A DNA stretch of 64,000 nt from Ignavibacteria bacterium (GCA_016844745.1 JAERMQ010000005.1:47964-111963); one strand, 5' to 3'; shown: positions 54,601 to 64,000, counted from the first letter of the stretch. The notes: generated by a model not told the origin, from the letters alone. Translations and numbers: made by a program.

Positions 54601-55348
54601 GAACGGCTGGAATTTCTTTTTTAGATAAATGTATTTTGAATTTGAGAGCTGTGTTCTTTTTATATCTCAGTTCACTAAGGAATACTACACTATCGCCTTC
54701 CTTTTTAATTATAAAATTCTCTGCCGTCCTGCTCGGTGTTGGCCAGGTTCTGATAAGAGGAAATAAATAATCATCGGGATCTATTCTGAAAATTATTGCA
54801 ATCGAATACTTTTTCCCGGAGAAATTTATTGGTGAAATAAAATCATAATGTAATCTGTTATGTTCGTTACAAAAATAAAGATTATCTAAAACTATATTTT
54901 TATCAATAGATTTTTTTATATAATTAATTGTGGTTTTATTTATGATTTTGTCCTGACTTTGTAATGTTATCAAAACCTCTCCTTCTGAATTGACCAACAT
55001 GATATTTTCAAATTGATATCCTTCTAAAGGCAGACTTAACCGCTGTTCAATTTTTTTCTGCAATACTTTATTACTTCTTTTATCTAACCATTTCTCAATT
55101 CCTTCGATAAATAATTGTGATTTAGAAATTACAATCGCATCTGCCATCCGCTCCTGTCGCCATTTTACCATCTGTCCTACTTTTAATTCGGCGATTGCTT
55201 TCAATTCATCATATTTGTCCTTCTCAACATTTGATTTTACATGGTTTCTATATAGAACACCGGTAATTATGAAAATTATACTTATTACTAAAGTAAGTGA
55301 AAATGCTCCAATTTTTGATGATAAATTTAGTTTATAAAGATTCTGCAT
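51656..55348 (-). CDS. Hybrid sensor histidine kinase. Architecture: TM - extracytoplasmic Cache-like domain - TM - multiple PAS domains - HisKA - HATPase_c - receiver.
   Basis: H-box SHEIRTPMNAILGF, G-boxes DTGIGI / GGSGLGLS, and receiver ILIVDDDEYN...DLVLMDIELADINGYE. Repeated PAS signatures (ITERK/DITDRK boundaries). Confidence 0.9.
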   Translation of the reverse strand: MQNLYKLNLSSKIGAFSLTLVISIIFIITGVLYRNHVKSNVEKDKYDELKAIAELKVGQMVKWRQERMADAIVISKSQLFIEGIEKWLDKRSNKVLQKKIEQRLSLPLEGYQFENIMLVNSEGEVLITLQSQDKIINKTTINYIKKSIDKNIVLDNLYFCNEHNRLHYDFISPINFSGKKYSIAIIFRIDPDDYLFPLIRTWPTPSRTAENFIIKKEGDSVVFLSELRYKKNTALKFKIHLSKKEIPAVQAALGTVGIIHGSDYRGVNVIADALPIAGTDWVMISKVDENEIFSEILFHNALIFVFILILILVTSLGFAYVYRGKQRNIYRALQQADVKIRQFIKTTREGFCELDSNFRIKNVNERLAEMLAYNPKEMLGLHLLDDLTHPENIMEASQQIQDRKKGISSFYEIRLIRKDGSDLWVILSATPIYNSDGKFDGSFAMMTDITERKMAEEALIKSEERFRQIIERSNDIFYRQNLLTGKFEYVSPKIFSILGYSQDELMKMDIDAQISNVHPGDLPNLINFSNDLIEADGSGENYIERDFRLKHKNGKYIWLHGNYSLIKDDFNEPYLIVGSLHDITDRKLAEEALIESEEKYRLLVNSQGEGIGIVDLEENFTFANPAGERIFGVEPHTLVNRNLKEFIIPEHNVIVIKETQLRKSGLVSTYELDILKNGERRTLLVTATPQYDKQGNHIGTFGVFRDDTVRKRVEEALRESETRFRIIGDNLPGAQIYQMRMESDGTSRFTYLSAGVKESYGISVEEALSDSNLLLNMVVEEDRGGWQKAAEQAVRDGCIYDHTVRIRKQSGEIRWHRHIAKPRVINGGVILFDGIDLDITERKNEELELIKTKEQAEQSDHLKSAFLANMSHEIRTPMNAILGFSKLLTDDFLDITEKKKYISYINKRGMDLLNIIDDILDISKIEANQLELNETMVDINKLLYDIQYTFSSQDELIRNQSVSLIFGKQLGKDCGIIADFARLQQILVNLIGNAIKFTENGQVEYGCSLENDLLKFYVQDTGIGIPKDKQKIIFERFRQAEDKFTSRKFGGSGLGLSISQGLVELMKGSIWCESEVGRGTTFYFTIPYRPALIDEPDYQNSVESNYDWSGRSILIVDDDEYNLELISKLLEFTQAKLYFSQKGQEAIEIFKSIGNIDLVLMDIELADINGYEVTKEILILNPNAKVIAQTAYSNYYERKFSNEAGCCDFVTKPIITDTFLALIDKWIGKK

Positions 55349-55545
55349 ATTATTCCTTAATTTTTAATTTTTCTATTCAAAATGTAACATTTGAAATTTA
55401 GATATTTCTATCTCAAAATACATGAAAATATGGTTTATAGATTTATAATTTTTATTCTTTTTTCACAACCTTATACCTTACTGACAACAAGAATGATAAT
55501 TATTATTTATAGGACTTCAATTCAAGGCTATCTCAAAAGCCAAGT

Positions 55546-55624
55546 AGAATGTCATTCTGAACGAAGTGAAGAATCCAGTCCCAATGCTGCTTCTGGATTC
55601 TTCACTTCGTTCAGAATGACATTC
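55546..55624. repeat. Palindromic intergenic element, copy G
   Basis: Left arm agaatgtcattctgaacgaagtgaagaatcc, loop agtcccaatgctgcttct, right arm ggattcttcacttcgttcagaatgacattc. Confidence 0.92.
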
Positions 55625-55828
55625 CACCAATTTTTCAACTTATGAGTCAAACTCATAATTTTCTTTTTAACGGTTTATTATCAGTTTTTACAAGTTTCAT
55701 GGTTATTTTTCTGTTCATATACAAAAATGAATAATTATCAATATTAAATATTAATATACAAAAATTCCCAAAATAATTTTGAATTAAGAAATAAAGAAAT
55801 TCCTGCTATTAATGCAAAAGAAAATTGC

Positions 55829-57094
55829 TCAGGCAAAATCTTTCAAGTTATTTTTTGCCTGTTGCCATACTTTCAAAGCGTTTTCGAATGGTAACAGAAC
55901 ACGCTCAAGAACTCCATTAGTAAGCGCTATTGCCATACCGTAATTCGTTATTGGAATACCATGAGAAACAGCTTTATAAATTCGTCTTTTCATTTCCTGC
56001 CCGGTAAGCATACACCCACCGCAATGAATGATAACTTTGTAATCGCTGAGATTATCGGGATAATCACGTCCTGCAGCATAATCAATCTGAATATCGGAAC
56101 CGAGATACTGAGTAAGCCAGCGGGGAAGTTTAACTCTTCCGATATCGTCTTCATTGGCATGGTGACTGCACGCTTCCGCAATTAGAATTTTATCTCCGGC
56201 ATGAAGTTTTTCTATTGCAGCAGCGCCGCGTACTTGCTCGTTTAAATCACCCTTGAAACGTGAAAATAAAATTGAGAAAGTTGTACATTTAATATCAAGC
56301 GGTGTTTCGGCAACCATTTTCATTACAACCTGGGAATCACAGACAACCAAATCCGGCTTTTTAGTTAGATATTGCAATGCCCGGAAATATTCATTTTCCT
56401 TTACAACCAAAGCTATTGCATTATTATCAAGAATACCTCTGATTGCCTGAACCTGAGGCAGGATGATTCTCCCTTTAGGGGCTTCCATATCAATAGGAAC
56501 AATTAACACAGCTATTCCACCCGGAGGCAGCAAATCACCTATTAGGGGCTGGGGTTCTGTAAATCCTTGCGGTAAAATATTGATTATAGCATTCTTAAAT
56601 TCATTAATATACTGCTCACGTTGAGCTATATTGACAGATGAGCATTTGATAATATTTAAATTGTGATTACCGATAGTTTCGATAAATTCACCGGAAGGCT
56701 CACCGGTATCGATTTTATTTATAACAATGAAAAAAGGAATTTCAGTATTCAAAATTTCATCATAAAATTCCTGTTCTGCATCTGTCCATACGTTTGGTTC
56801 GACTAAAAGAACGATAACATCTGCGCGATTGAAAATTCTTTTTGTACGCTCGAGTCTTTTATCGGCTAAAATAGATGTATCATCGAAGCCTGCAGTATCT
56901 AAAAATACAACAGGACCAATGGGCAGAAGCTCGAAGGATTTTTCAACTACGTCTGTAGTGGTGCCGGGTTGTGAGGATGTCATTGCTACATCCTGATTAG
57001 CGAGCATATTAAGAAAACTGGATTTGCCGACGTTTGTTCTGCCGAAAATTCCAATCTGAAGGCGCATCGATTTAGGAGTGGTTTCCGTTTTCAT
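55829..57094 (-). CDS. hydF: [FeFe]-hydrogenase H-cluster maturation GTPase HydF
   Basis: G1 GRTNVGKSS, G3 DTAG and NKID. The C-terminal cluster motif is CSHH...HCGGC. Confidence 0.85.
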   Translation of the reverse strand: MKTETTPKSMRLQIGIFGRTNVGKSSFLNMLANQDVAMTSSQPGTTTDVVEKSFELLPIGPVVFLDTAGFDDTSILADKRLERTKRIFNRADVIVLLVEPNVWTDAEQEFYDEILNTEIPFFIVINKIDTGEPSGEFIETIGNHNLNIIKCSSVNIAQREQYINEFKNAIINILPQGFTEPQPLIGDLLPPGGIAVLIVPIDMEAPKGRIILPQVQAIRGILDNNAIALVVKENEYFRALQYLTKKPDLVVCDSQVVMKMVAETPLDIKCTTFSILFSRFKGDLNEQVRGAAAIEKLHAGDKILIAEACSHHANEDDIGRVKLPRWLTQYLGSDIQIDYAAGRDYPDNLSDYKVIIHCGGCMLTGQEMKRRIYKAVSHGIPITNYGMAIALTNGVLERVLLPFENALKVWQQAKNNLKDFA

Positions 57095-59193
57095 ATTTCT
57101 GCTGAAAGAGTAGAGAAATTCAATTTATTCGATATCTCCTTAGCTGCAGTAATGTATTTACGGGCTTCCAATGGGTCATTGTTTTCCAGTATATTTCCAA
57201 TATTTATCATGGTAAGAAGTTGTAATTCAGTAGCCAAATTATCGGACTTGGAAGCTAATTTTCTCAAAATTTCGAGGGATTCGCCCCGACTGCCGCGAGT
57301 TGCCCTCAGAACTGCAATAGCATTAGCTGCAAGGGATTCTGCAAACAGAGCCGGGCGAATATCCTGGTTAACACTTTGAGAATTGTTCTCTTCTAAGACA
57401 GATAAAGCTTCCGTGCAATAGCGCTCTGCATCCTGCCAATTTTCCGATTCGCTATATGCCCGTCCGGCAAAGGAGAATAACTGGCTCTTCTCATAAGGAT
57501 TCATCGCATCATTATGATTAGTAATTAATGCAAGAGCTAACTCAGCAGCCTGCTCGAAGTGTCCTGCTAAAAACTCCTTTATGACTGCCTTCCTGGAAGA
57601 AGAGAATTCAAAATCAATTTTGGTGCCGGTCGGTTTGCCTTCTTCATTGCCATCCTGTAATTCCTGCAAGGAGTTCTCGTAAGACGGTTCCATACTTTTG
57701 ATTACTTCGGAGAAGAATAAATTGTCTGCTTCCGAATTCTCGTTTTCCTGGGTAGTTTTTGTGCCGATGTTAGAGAATGTATCATAAGTTTCTTTGATTA
57801 CATCTGCATTACCGTACTTTTGGGCATATTGTGCCGAAGCTAATAGCATTTCCTTTGCTGTTGAATCATCTCCAGCTTCGGCGCTGTGGGCTGCAATAAA
57901 TGGAGCAATTTCTTCTCGAATCATCTCATCAGATTCGTTGTATTTTGTTTTCAGTAAAGCTGCTATTTGCCCATGTAGAGCCACATGCTCTTCGTATTCC
58001 AGTGTTTTCTCGAAGTAAGAATGATAAAATGCCTGAGTAAATCTATAAACAGTAGTTTTCACTCCATATCTGAAGTGTGCGCCAATACTTTTGAAAATAT
58101 CGGTTTTATGCTGAAGACTTCGAAGTTTCTTGATTGTCGTTAAAACATCGCATTTGAGCAGCTCCGATACGACCAAGGATGTAAATTCCCTTCCTTCTGC
58201 GCTGCATACGGCAAGAGTATTTCTTTCTTCGTCGCTGAGTTTCTCAATTGTCTGAGAGAAAGCATTATGAACTGATGACGGCATGAATTTTGTATCGAGG
58301 AAATCCTCATTGAAAGTACCATCAGCCCTCATTGGCGGATTGTTTATAAAATATTTCAGGTATTCGATTATTACTCCAGGCACTCCCAAAGATTGCTCAA
58401 TCAGCCATCCTTCGAATTTACGATTTTGAATATATGCAGGAAGTTTTGATTTACATAATAAACCAACCTGCCCAATTGATAAAGGTTCAAGTTCGATTTC
58501 ATCAAATTTCCCGGTTTCAATATATTTCCGGATAAAACCATGAAGTGGTGATGCGTGGCTCTGAATAACACTTTTCCTGTAAGAAACTACAATAATAACA
58601 GGGATTTTCGAAATATTCCCGGCGAATAAATCTAATAATTCGATTGACTGGGCATCTGCATAATGAAAATCATCGATTAATATGACCAAATGCTTTTTAT
58701 CTGCGATAAAGCATATTTTTTCATAATATTCCGCCGAGCCGCTGCTGACATGGGTTTTGCTTTGTACTTCCCTTGCTTTTATATCGTTTTTATATTGCCG
58801 TAAATCCCTCGTTATTTCCTTTGTAGCATAGAAAACGTCTCCAATCAGGGGAATGGAAGCCAATGCTGTCATACCGATATTGAGCGCTAATAATTTTTTT
58901 GCCGAGAATTCTTTATTTTCATTTAATTTAATAATTGCCTTGGTAAACGGCAGTAGTGGCTGTATATTACCCAATGAAAAATTTCCAATCGGGGTCTGGC
59001 ATTCCACCAATACCGGGATTGCTTCATATTCCCGTCCGGAGGATAACGTTTCAAATTGCTGCATTAAATAAGTTTTGCCGTAAGCCTGCTCACCTGAAAT
59101 GCAAACAATAGAGCCAATACCGGATTTCAGGTTTGCTAAATGCTTTTTGAAATTATTCTGATTTTCATTTCCTACGGCTGTTTCTTTGCTCAT
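57091..59193 (-). CDS. AAA_16-like P-loop ATPase with C-terminal TPR-like helical repeats
   Basis: Walker A GEQAYGKTYL, Walker B LVILIDDFHYAD, and a hydrophobic insert LLALNIGMTALASIPLIGDVFYA. The C-terminus is TPR-like. ATGA overlap with hydF. Confidence 0.7.
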   Translation of the reverse strand: MSKETAVGNENQNNFKKHLANLKSGIGSIVCISGEQAYGKTYLMQQFETLSSGREYEAIPVLVECQTPIGNFSLGNIQPLLPFTKAIIKLNENKEFSAKKLLALNIGMTALASIPLIGDVFYATKEITRDLRQYKNDIKAREVQSKTHVSSGSAEYYEKICFIADKKHLVILIDDFHYADAQSIELLDLFAGNISKIPVIIVVSYRKSVIQSHASPLHGFIRKYIETGKFDEIELEPLSIGQVGLLCKSKLPAYIQNRKFEGWLIEQSLGVPGVIIEYLKYFINNPPMRADGTFNEDFLDTKFMPSSVHNAFSQTIEKLSDEERNTLAVCSAEGREFTSLVVSELLKCDVLTTIKKLRSLQHKTDIFKSIGAHFRYGVKTTVYRFTQAFYHSYFEKTLEYEEHVALHGQIAALLKTKYNESDEMIREEIAPFIAAHSAEAGDDSTAKEMLLASAQYAQKYGNADVIKETYDTFSNIGTKTTQENENSEADNLFFSEVIKSMEPSYENSLQELQDGNEEGKPTGTKIDFEFSSSRKAVIKEFLAGHFEQAAELALALITNHNDAMNPYEKSQLFSFAGRAYSESENWQDAERYCTEALSVLEENNSQSVNQDIRPALFAESLAANAIAVLRATRGSRGESLEILRKLASKSDNLATELQLLTMINIGNILENNDPLEARKYITAAKEISNKLNFSTLSAEI

Positions 59194-59260
59194 ATTACTA
59201 TTACTTATTAGTAAATAATTCAGGATTCAAATTTAATGAAATTTCATCAGTCATTATAAT

Positions 59261-59932
59261 TTAAACACCAACTGCATCAGCGCCCCAAATCAATTTATGA
59301 AGCTGTATTTGAAACCTGACATTAAGTCTGTCTTCCAGAATCCACTCTGCCAGATTTTTTAAATCGAGCTGTCCTGAAACAGGGGAGAAGAGTATTGCAG
59401 CAGTACGGCGATTCAAATCGAATTCATCGATTACCCGTATAGCCCAGTCATAATCTTTTCTGCTTCCAATAACGAATTTCACTTCGTCATTTTTTGTAAT
59501 GATGTCGAGATTAGTGTAGTCATTATGTTTCCATGCATTTGAGTCCGGACATTTCATATCGAGAATTTTAATTACTCTCGGGTCAATTCCTTCGATACTT
59601 TTGGAGCCACTCGTTTCGAGTGCAACGGTATAACCAATATCGCACAGGTATTCCATAAATGGGAGTGAATTGGTCTGCAGAAGCGGTTCTCCGCCCGTTA
59701 ATAATAAATATTTACAATTATATTTTTCTATTTCAGGCATTATCTCACCGACAGTCATTTCTTTTCCTGCATTTTTGATTTCCAAAGCATAAGGTGTATC
59801 GCACCATTGACAGCGAATATGGCAGCCCTGGAGCCTGATGAATACACATGGTAATCCGGTAAGAGTGGATTCTCCCTGTATCGAATAAAATATTTCCGAT
59901 ACCTTAAATTTCAAATCATTTATATTATTCAT
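59261..59932 (-). CDS. queE: 7-carboxy-7-deazaguanine synthase QueE (radical SAM)
   Basis: EIFYSIQGESTLTGLPCVFIRLQGCHIRCQWCDT and LTGGEPLLQ. Confidence 0.85.
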   Translation of the reverse strand: MNNINDLKFKVSEIFYSIQGESTLTGLPCVFIRLQGCHIRCQWCDTPYALEIKNAGKEMTVGEIMPEIEKYNCKYLLLTGGEPLLQTNSLPFMEYLCDIGYTVALETSGSKSIEGIDPRVIKILDMKCPDSNAWKHNDYTNLDIITKNDEVKFVIGSRKDYDWAIRVIDEFDLNRRTAAILFSPVSGQLDLKNLAEWILEDRLNVRFQIQLHKLIWGADAVGV

Positions 59933-59962
59933 TTATATATTCTTGAGTTAATAATAATAAGT

Positions 59963-61375
59963 TTATTTTCGGGTTAAAAGAGCAATTGACTCTAAATGAT
60001 ATGTCTGGGGAAACATATCGACCGGTTGTGCGGAAATAATATCGTATTTTTCGGAAAGTAACGCACAATCACGTGCCTGAGTAACCGGATTGCAGCTTAC
60101 ATAAACAATTTTCGGTGGTGCAATTTCCATTAAATTCTCAATTAGATTATTAGTCATTCCGGAGCGCGGCGGGTCTAAAATAATTATATCCGGTCGTTCC
60201 AGATTGCGCAGCAGTTCCGGCATTTCACGGCTATGTAAATCACTGCAAATAAAATCAACATTACTAATTGAATTAATATTTTTGTTGTTATTTGCATCGT
60301 TGACCGAGCTCTGGCTCAATTCAATGCCAATAACTTTTCCGGCAATAACGGCTGCGGGAAGGGAAATGGAGCCTGTTCCGCAATACAAATCCCAAACTGT
60401 TTGAGAGCCGTTAATTTTAGCAGTTTCGAGAATTTTTCCTATGAAACCATCCAATGCCTGCGAATTTGTCTGGAAGAAAGAAAACGGCGATATTTTGTAA
60501 TTCAAACCAAGAATTTTTTCAGTTATATAATCCTGTCCTTTAGAGAATATAATATCACCTATGGCAACAGGTGTAATTTTACTATTAACGGCATGATGCA
60601 TACTCGTGATTCCAAGCACCTCCGGATTGAAATCATTATAAAACCATTTCAGGAAATCATTTTCTATGTCATCGACCGGTTTATTTGTAATCAGGTTTAC
60701 CATGCAATCATCCGTTGCCCTGGCTCTTCTAATTACCAAATGCCGCAGGAATCCTATATGCTTTACTTCATGATATGCTGACACATCAAGCCTTAACGCC
60801 TGCTCCCGGATTGTATTAAGAATATTATCATTTCCTTCAGGCTGAATCAAACATTTCTCAATATCCAAAACTTTATCGTATCTACCCGAAACATGCAGCC
60901 CAAGAGCAAAGTATTTATGTGCAATATCAGAATCAACCAGTAATTCAGCATTTGTTAACCAACGAGATGCCCCGAAAGAGAACTCCATTTTATTCCTGTA
61001 ATGCCATGGTTCGGAAAGCGATAAAATAGGCTTGTACTCTATGTTTGGAATTTTTCCTATTCGGTAAAAAGCGTCTTCAATATGCCTTTGCTTCCATTTT
61101 AATTGTTCAGGGAAATCTATATTTTGCCATGAACACCCACCGCATACTCCAAAATAAATGCAGGGAGCTTGCTGTCTATGCGGCGATGGCTCTAAGATTT
61201 CATTAATCCTACACTCGTAATAAGTTTTTTTCTTTCTGATTATTTCTGCTAATACAGTATCTCCCGGCACACCGCCTTTGACGAAATAAACAAACCCGTC
61301 ACTTCGGGCAATAGATATTCCCTCGAAACCAATAGCTTCTATTTTTAGTTGAATTATTTTCCTCTTTGAATTCAT
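59963..61375 (-). CDS. rlmD: 23S rRNA (uracil-C5)-methyltransferase RlmD/RumA family (TRAM + Fe-S + MTase)
   Basis: TRAM-like N-terminus, CGGCSWQ cluster motif, DLYCGTGS, DPPRSG and YVSCNP. Confidence 0.88.
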   Translation of the reverse strand: MNSKRKIIQLKIEAIGFEGISIARSDGFVYFVKGGVPGDTVLAEIIRKKKTYYECRINEILEPSPHRQQAPCIYFGVCGGCSWQNIDFPEQLKWKQRHIEDAFYRIGKIPNIEYKPILSLSEPWHYRNKMEFSFGASRWLTNAELLVDSDIAHKYFALGLHVSGRYDKVLDIEKCLIQPEGNDNILNTIREQALRLDVSAYHEVKHIGFLRHLVIRRARATDDCMVNLITNKPVDDIENDFLKWFYNDFNPEVLGITSMHHAVNSKITPVAIGDIIFSKGQDYITEKILGLNYKISPFSFFQTNSQALDGFIGKILETAKINGSQTVWDLYCGTGSISLPAAVIAGKVIGIELSQSSVNDANNNKNINSISNVDFICSDLHSREMPELLRNLERPDIIILDPPRSGMTNNLIENLMEIAPPKIVYVSCNPVTQARDCALLSEKYDIISAQPVDMFPQTYHLESIALLTRK

Positions 61376-61553
61376 TATCTATCTATTTAATCAAATCAAT
61401 TACCTTAAATTTCGGTATTGAGTTTAGAAAATCCATTATTAAAAAACATTCAATATACTAATAATTCATAAATTCAAAGTAATGGAAATTTTATTAATTT
61501 TATATTTTTTCAGTAGATAAATAAAAGATTTTCATTTAATGGAATAATATATT

Positions 61554-63887
61554 ATGAAACAAAAACTTCAGGCAAAAGTCAGCTCAAAAGATGAGAAAAA
61601 GTTCGTTAAACAACTTATAAAACCCCCAAAAGATTTGCCCATAAGCATTGTATTAATCATATTTGCCGTAACAACAGCAATATTTTTCTGGGGACATCTC
61701 GCCGGTACCAGCTTTTTCTGGGAGGATTTCGTAGAATATATTTATCCAACACAATCATTTGCTGCAGCGGAATTCGCTCGTGGTGTGATTCCATTCTGGA
61801 ATCCATACACCTTTGCAGGAATGCCCTTTCTTGCTGATTTGCAGGTCGGATTTTTCTACCCATTCAATAGAATATTATCACTTTTCGTAGATTCTAATGG
61901 TTGGTTATCGGTAGGCTGGCTGCAGTTTATTATAATTCTGCACTTTTTTATTGCACAAACCGGGATGTATTTATTATGCAGGGAACATAAGCTCAGCTCG
62001 ATTGGCTCTATGATTTCGTCGGTATCTTACTCCTTTTCGATGATTTTGGTTTGCCATGTAATTCACCCTATGATAGTCGAACACCTTGCATGGTTACCGT
62101 TTATTATTTTATTTTTTTCAAAAGGTATAAAAAGCCGCAGAATAAGATTAGCAGTCATTGCCGGATTATTACTCGGAATGTCTTTTCTATCAGGACATCC
62201 ACAAATGACCTTATACGAAATGCTCCTTATTGGGTTCCTGTTTCTTTGGGAACTCGTACTTGGTTTAAAGAACAAGGAAATTGCAGGAGCAGGAGTCATC
62301 CGCTTTTTACTTTGTGGAATAATACCAATAATCATATCGGTTGGAATTTTTGCTATACAGTATTTGCCTTCGAAAGAATTAGCAACACTTTCGCAGCGCA
62401 ATGAATTGACTTATGAAAAATCATCCGAAGGTTCGCTCGAATTCAAGCAATTATTCTGCTCAATATCACCGAATTTATTCGGAAGCGTGAACCCGAAAGA
62501 AAACAGTTTTAGCCTGAAAAGCACTGGTACAGATGGTTCATCAAAAGATGCGCCATATTATTATTATTGGGAAACAGCATATTATTTCGGTATAGCTGCA
62601 TTGCTATTAGGTTTATTCGGAACTTTCACACAAATAAAAAATCGTTTCGTGATATTTTTAGTAATAATTTCCGGCTTCGGGGTTATATTTGCACTTGGTT
62701 CTAACGGATTTTTATATTCGCTTTTTTTCAATTTGCCACTATTCGGAAGTTTCCGCAATCCTTCCAGAATGATTTTCTTTACTGTTTTTGCGATGAGTAT
62801 TTTAGCAGGCTTTGGATTCGATGCGCTCTGGAATTCCGGTGGTGAGAGAAAAACAATTTTGAAATTTTCATTAATTAGTATTGGTTTAATTTTTATTTCA
62901 TTTTTAGCATCAACCGGCAGCCTGCACTCTGCTTTTGAGTCCCAATCAGGTGTACTTTCAGCTTCCGATGAAACAAGCACAATAACATTATTCTTTGCAA
63001 TTGTAATTTTTGTATTTGGTTACCTGGCAGCCAAAGGGAAAATTAAGATTGAAATTGTAGGGGGTTTAATATTCATCATAGCATTTGTCGATTTATTATT
63101 CATTAGTTCTGAATTTATTTCAAGTAAGCAGGACCCTAAGAAATCTTATGCTGTCGAGCCTGAATTAAAGCAATTATTCAAACCAAATCCACCTAAAGAA
63201 ATTTTCAGGATAAATGCAAGAATGTACAATCCATCATACTCTGCAATGATGCGCAATCAGGGCTTGTTAGATAAAATTATGATGCTTGAAGGGTACAATC
63301 CATTAAGATTGGAAAAAGTCATACCACCGGATTTGAGCCGGAATGAACTAAATGCTCTCTATAACGTGAAATATCAAATTGATTTAAACCCGGACAGGCA
63401 GCCGGTTTTCAATAAAAGGGATTTGTTTTTCCAACGTGCCTGGCTTCTGCATAATGCAATAATTATTCCTGAAAAGCAGGTTTTCGATGAGATGAAGAAA
63501 AAGCATTTTGATTTAAGTGTAGTAGCAATTTTGGAAGAGCAGCCCGATGTCAAATTACCGGGATTGGAGCCGGATTCGAGCGATGTTGTGGAATGCCTGG
63601 ATTACCAAAGTAATTCTTTTAAGTACAAAGTAAATTCCCAGAATGCCGGTATTCTTTGCTTCAGCGAGATTTGGTATCCGGCATGGAAACCATATATAGA
63701 TGGCAAACCTGCTAAGTTGCTAAGACTCGATTATTGCTTGCGAGCTGTAGCCCTCGATAGAGGAATACATACCGTCGAAATGCGCTATGAATCAGAAACA
63801 TTTAAAACAGGCGCATATATTACTTTATTTACATTAATATTATCAATAATTTTAATATTTATCCCTATCCGAAAGAATAAGGAATAG
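61554..63887 (+). CDS. YfhO-family polytopic membrane protein (glycosyltransferase-C-like)
   Basis: FFWEDFVEYIYPTQSFAAAEFARGVIPFWNPYTFAGMPFLADLQVGFFYP, and many TM helices. Confidence 0.8.
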   Translation: MKQKLQAKVSSKDEKKFVKQLIKPPKDLPISIVLIIFAVTTAIFFWGHLAGTSFFWEDFVEYIYPTQSFAAAEFARGVIPFWNPYTFAGMPFLADLQVGFFYPFNRILSLFVDSNGWLSVGWLQFIIILHFFIAQTGMYLLCREHKLSSIGSMISSVSYSFSMILVCHVIHPMIVEHLAWLPFIILFFSKGIKSRRIRLAVIAGLLLGMSFLSGHPQMTLYEMLLIGFLFLWELVLGLKNKEIAGAGVIRFLLCGIIPIIISVGIFAIQYLPSKELATLSQRNELTYEKSSEGSLEFKQLFCSISPNLFGSVNPKENSFSLKSTGTDGSSKDAPYYYYWETAYYFGIAALLLGLFGTFTQIKNRFVIFLVIISGFGVIFALGSNGFLYSLFFNLPLFGSFRNPSRMIFFTVFAMSILAGFGFDALWNSGGERKTILKFSLISIGLIFISFLASTGSLHSAFESQSGVLSASDETSTITLFFAIVIFVFGYLAAKGKIKIEIVGGLIFIIAFVDLLFISSEFISSKQDPKKSYAVEPELKQLFKPNPPKEIFRINARMYNPSYSAMMRNQGLLDKIMMLEGYNPLRLEKVIPPDLSRNELNALYNVKYQIDLNPDRQPVFNKRDLFFQRAWLLHNAIIIPEKQVFDEMKKKHFDLSVVAILEEQPDVKLPGLEPDSSDVVECLDYQSNSFKYKVNSQNAGILCFSEIWYPAWKPYIDGKPAKLLRLDYCLRAVALDRGIHTVEMRYESETFKTGAYITLFTLILSIILIFIPIRKNKE

Positions 63888-63897
63888 AAACTTCCAA

Positions 63898-63988
63898 ATT
63901 GTCATTCTGAACGAAGTGAAGAATCTTCTCAAAAATAAGAATCAAAATAATTCAACAAGATTCTTCACTTCGTTCAGAATGACATTCG
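63898..63988. repeat. Palindromic intergenic element, copy H (longer AT-rich loop)
   Basis: Left arm attgtcattctgaacgaagtgaagaatc, loop ttctcaaaaataagaatcaaaataattcaacaa, right arm gattcttcacttcgttcagaatgacattcg. Confidence 0.9.
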
Positions 63989-64000
63989 TTTGACAATTAA

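Overview
AT-rich chromosomal segment, probably from an FCB-group bacterium (Bacteroidota/Ignavibacteriota-like). The taxonomic guess rests on two T9SS C-terminal sorting domains, a Bacteroidetes-type tyrosine integrase and weak or absent Shine-Dalgarno sites. All product calls come from motif recognition by eye; no database search was run.

Core content:
- An M14 carboxypeptidase, a UMF1-type MFS transporter, YgiQ and YciI.
- A RelA/SpoT homologue.
- A complete Rrf2-sufBCDSU-sufT-ferredoxin-sufA-SOD cluster.
- folP, recO, tRNA-Asn and an orphan nuoD.
- trmH, DUF116 and a large PAS-rich hybrid histidine kinase.
- hydF, queE, rlmD and a YfhO-family membrane protein.

The accessory part is a ~17.6 kb island (about 32986..50572) integrated at the 3' end of tRNA-Ser(UGA) and bounded by ~73-nt direct repeats.
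- Its mobility and phage-like genes are all disrupted: the integrase, a Gp157-like gene and two small ORFs by in-frame stop codons, a DUF932-like gene by 5' truncation.
- It carries an apparently intact Type I R-M system, hsdR...hsdS...hsdM.
- That operon is split open by several gene cassettes: a translationally coupled three-gene cassette (TIGR04255-like plus two orphans), an AlbA_2/HATPase_c_4 gene, two paralogous small proteins, a four-helix-bundle gene and a 190-aa orphan.
- Cassette junctions carry relics of the hsdR 3' end and the hsdS 5' end, together with heptanucleotide (NNNGAAT) arrays.
- The same arrays are translated inside hsdM and hsdS.

Outside the island I flag four further items:
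- An ABC-ATPase plus Toprim-like gene pair wedged between nuoD and trmH.
- A palindromic ~80-120 nt intergenic repeat family with 8 copies.
- Genome-wide heptad satellites.
- Two unusual P-loop NTPases.
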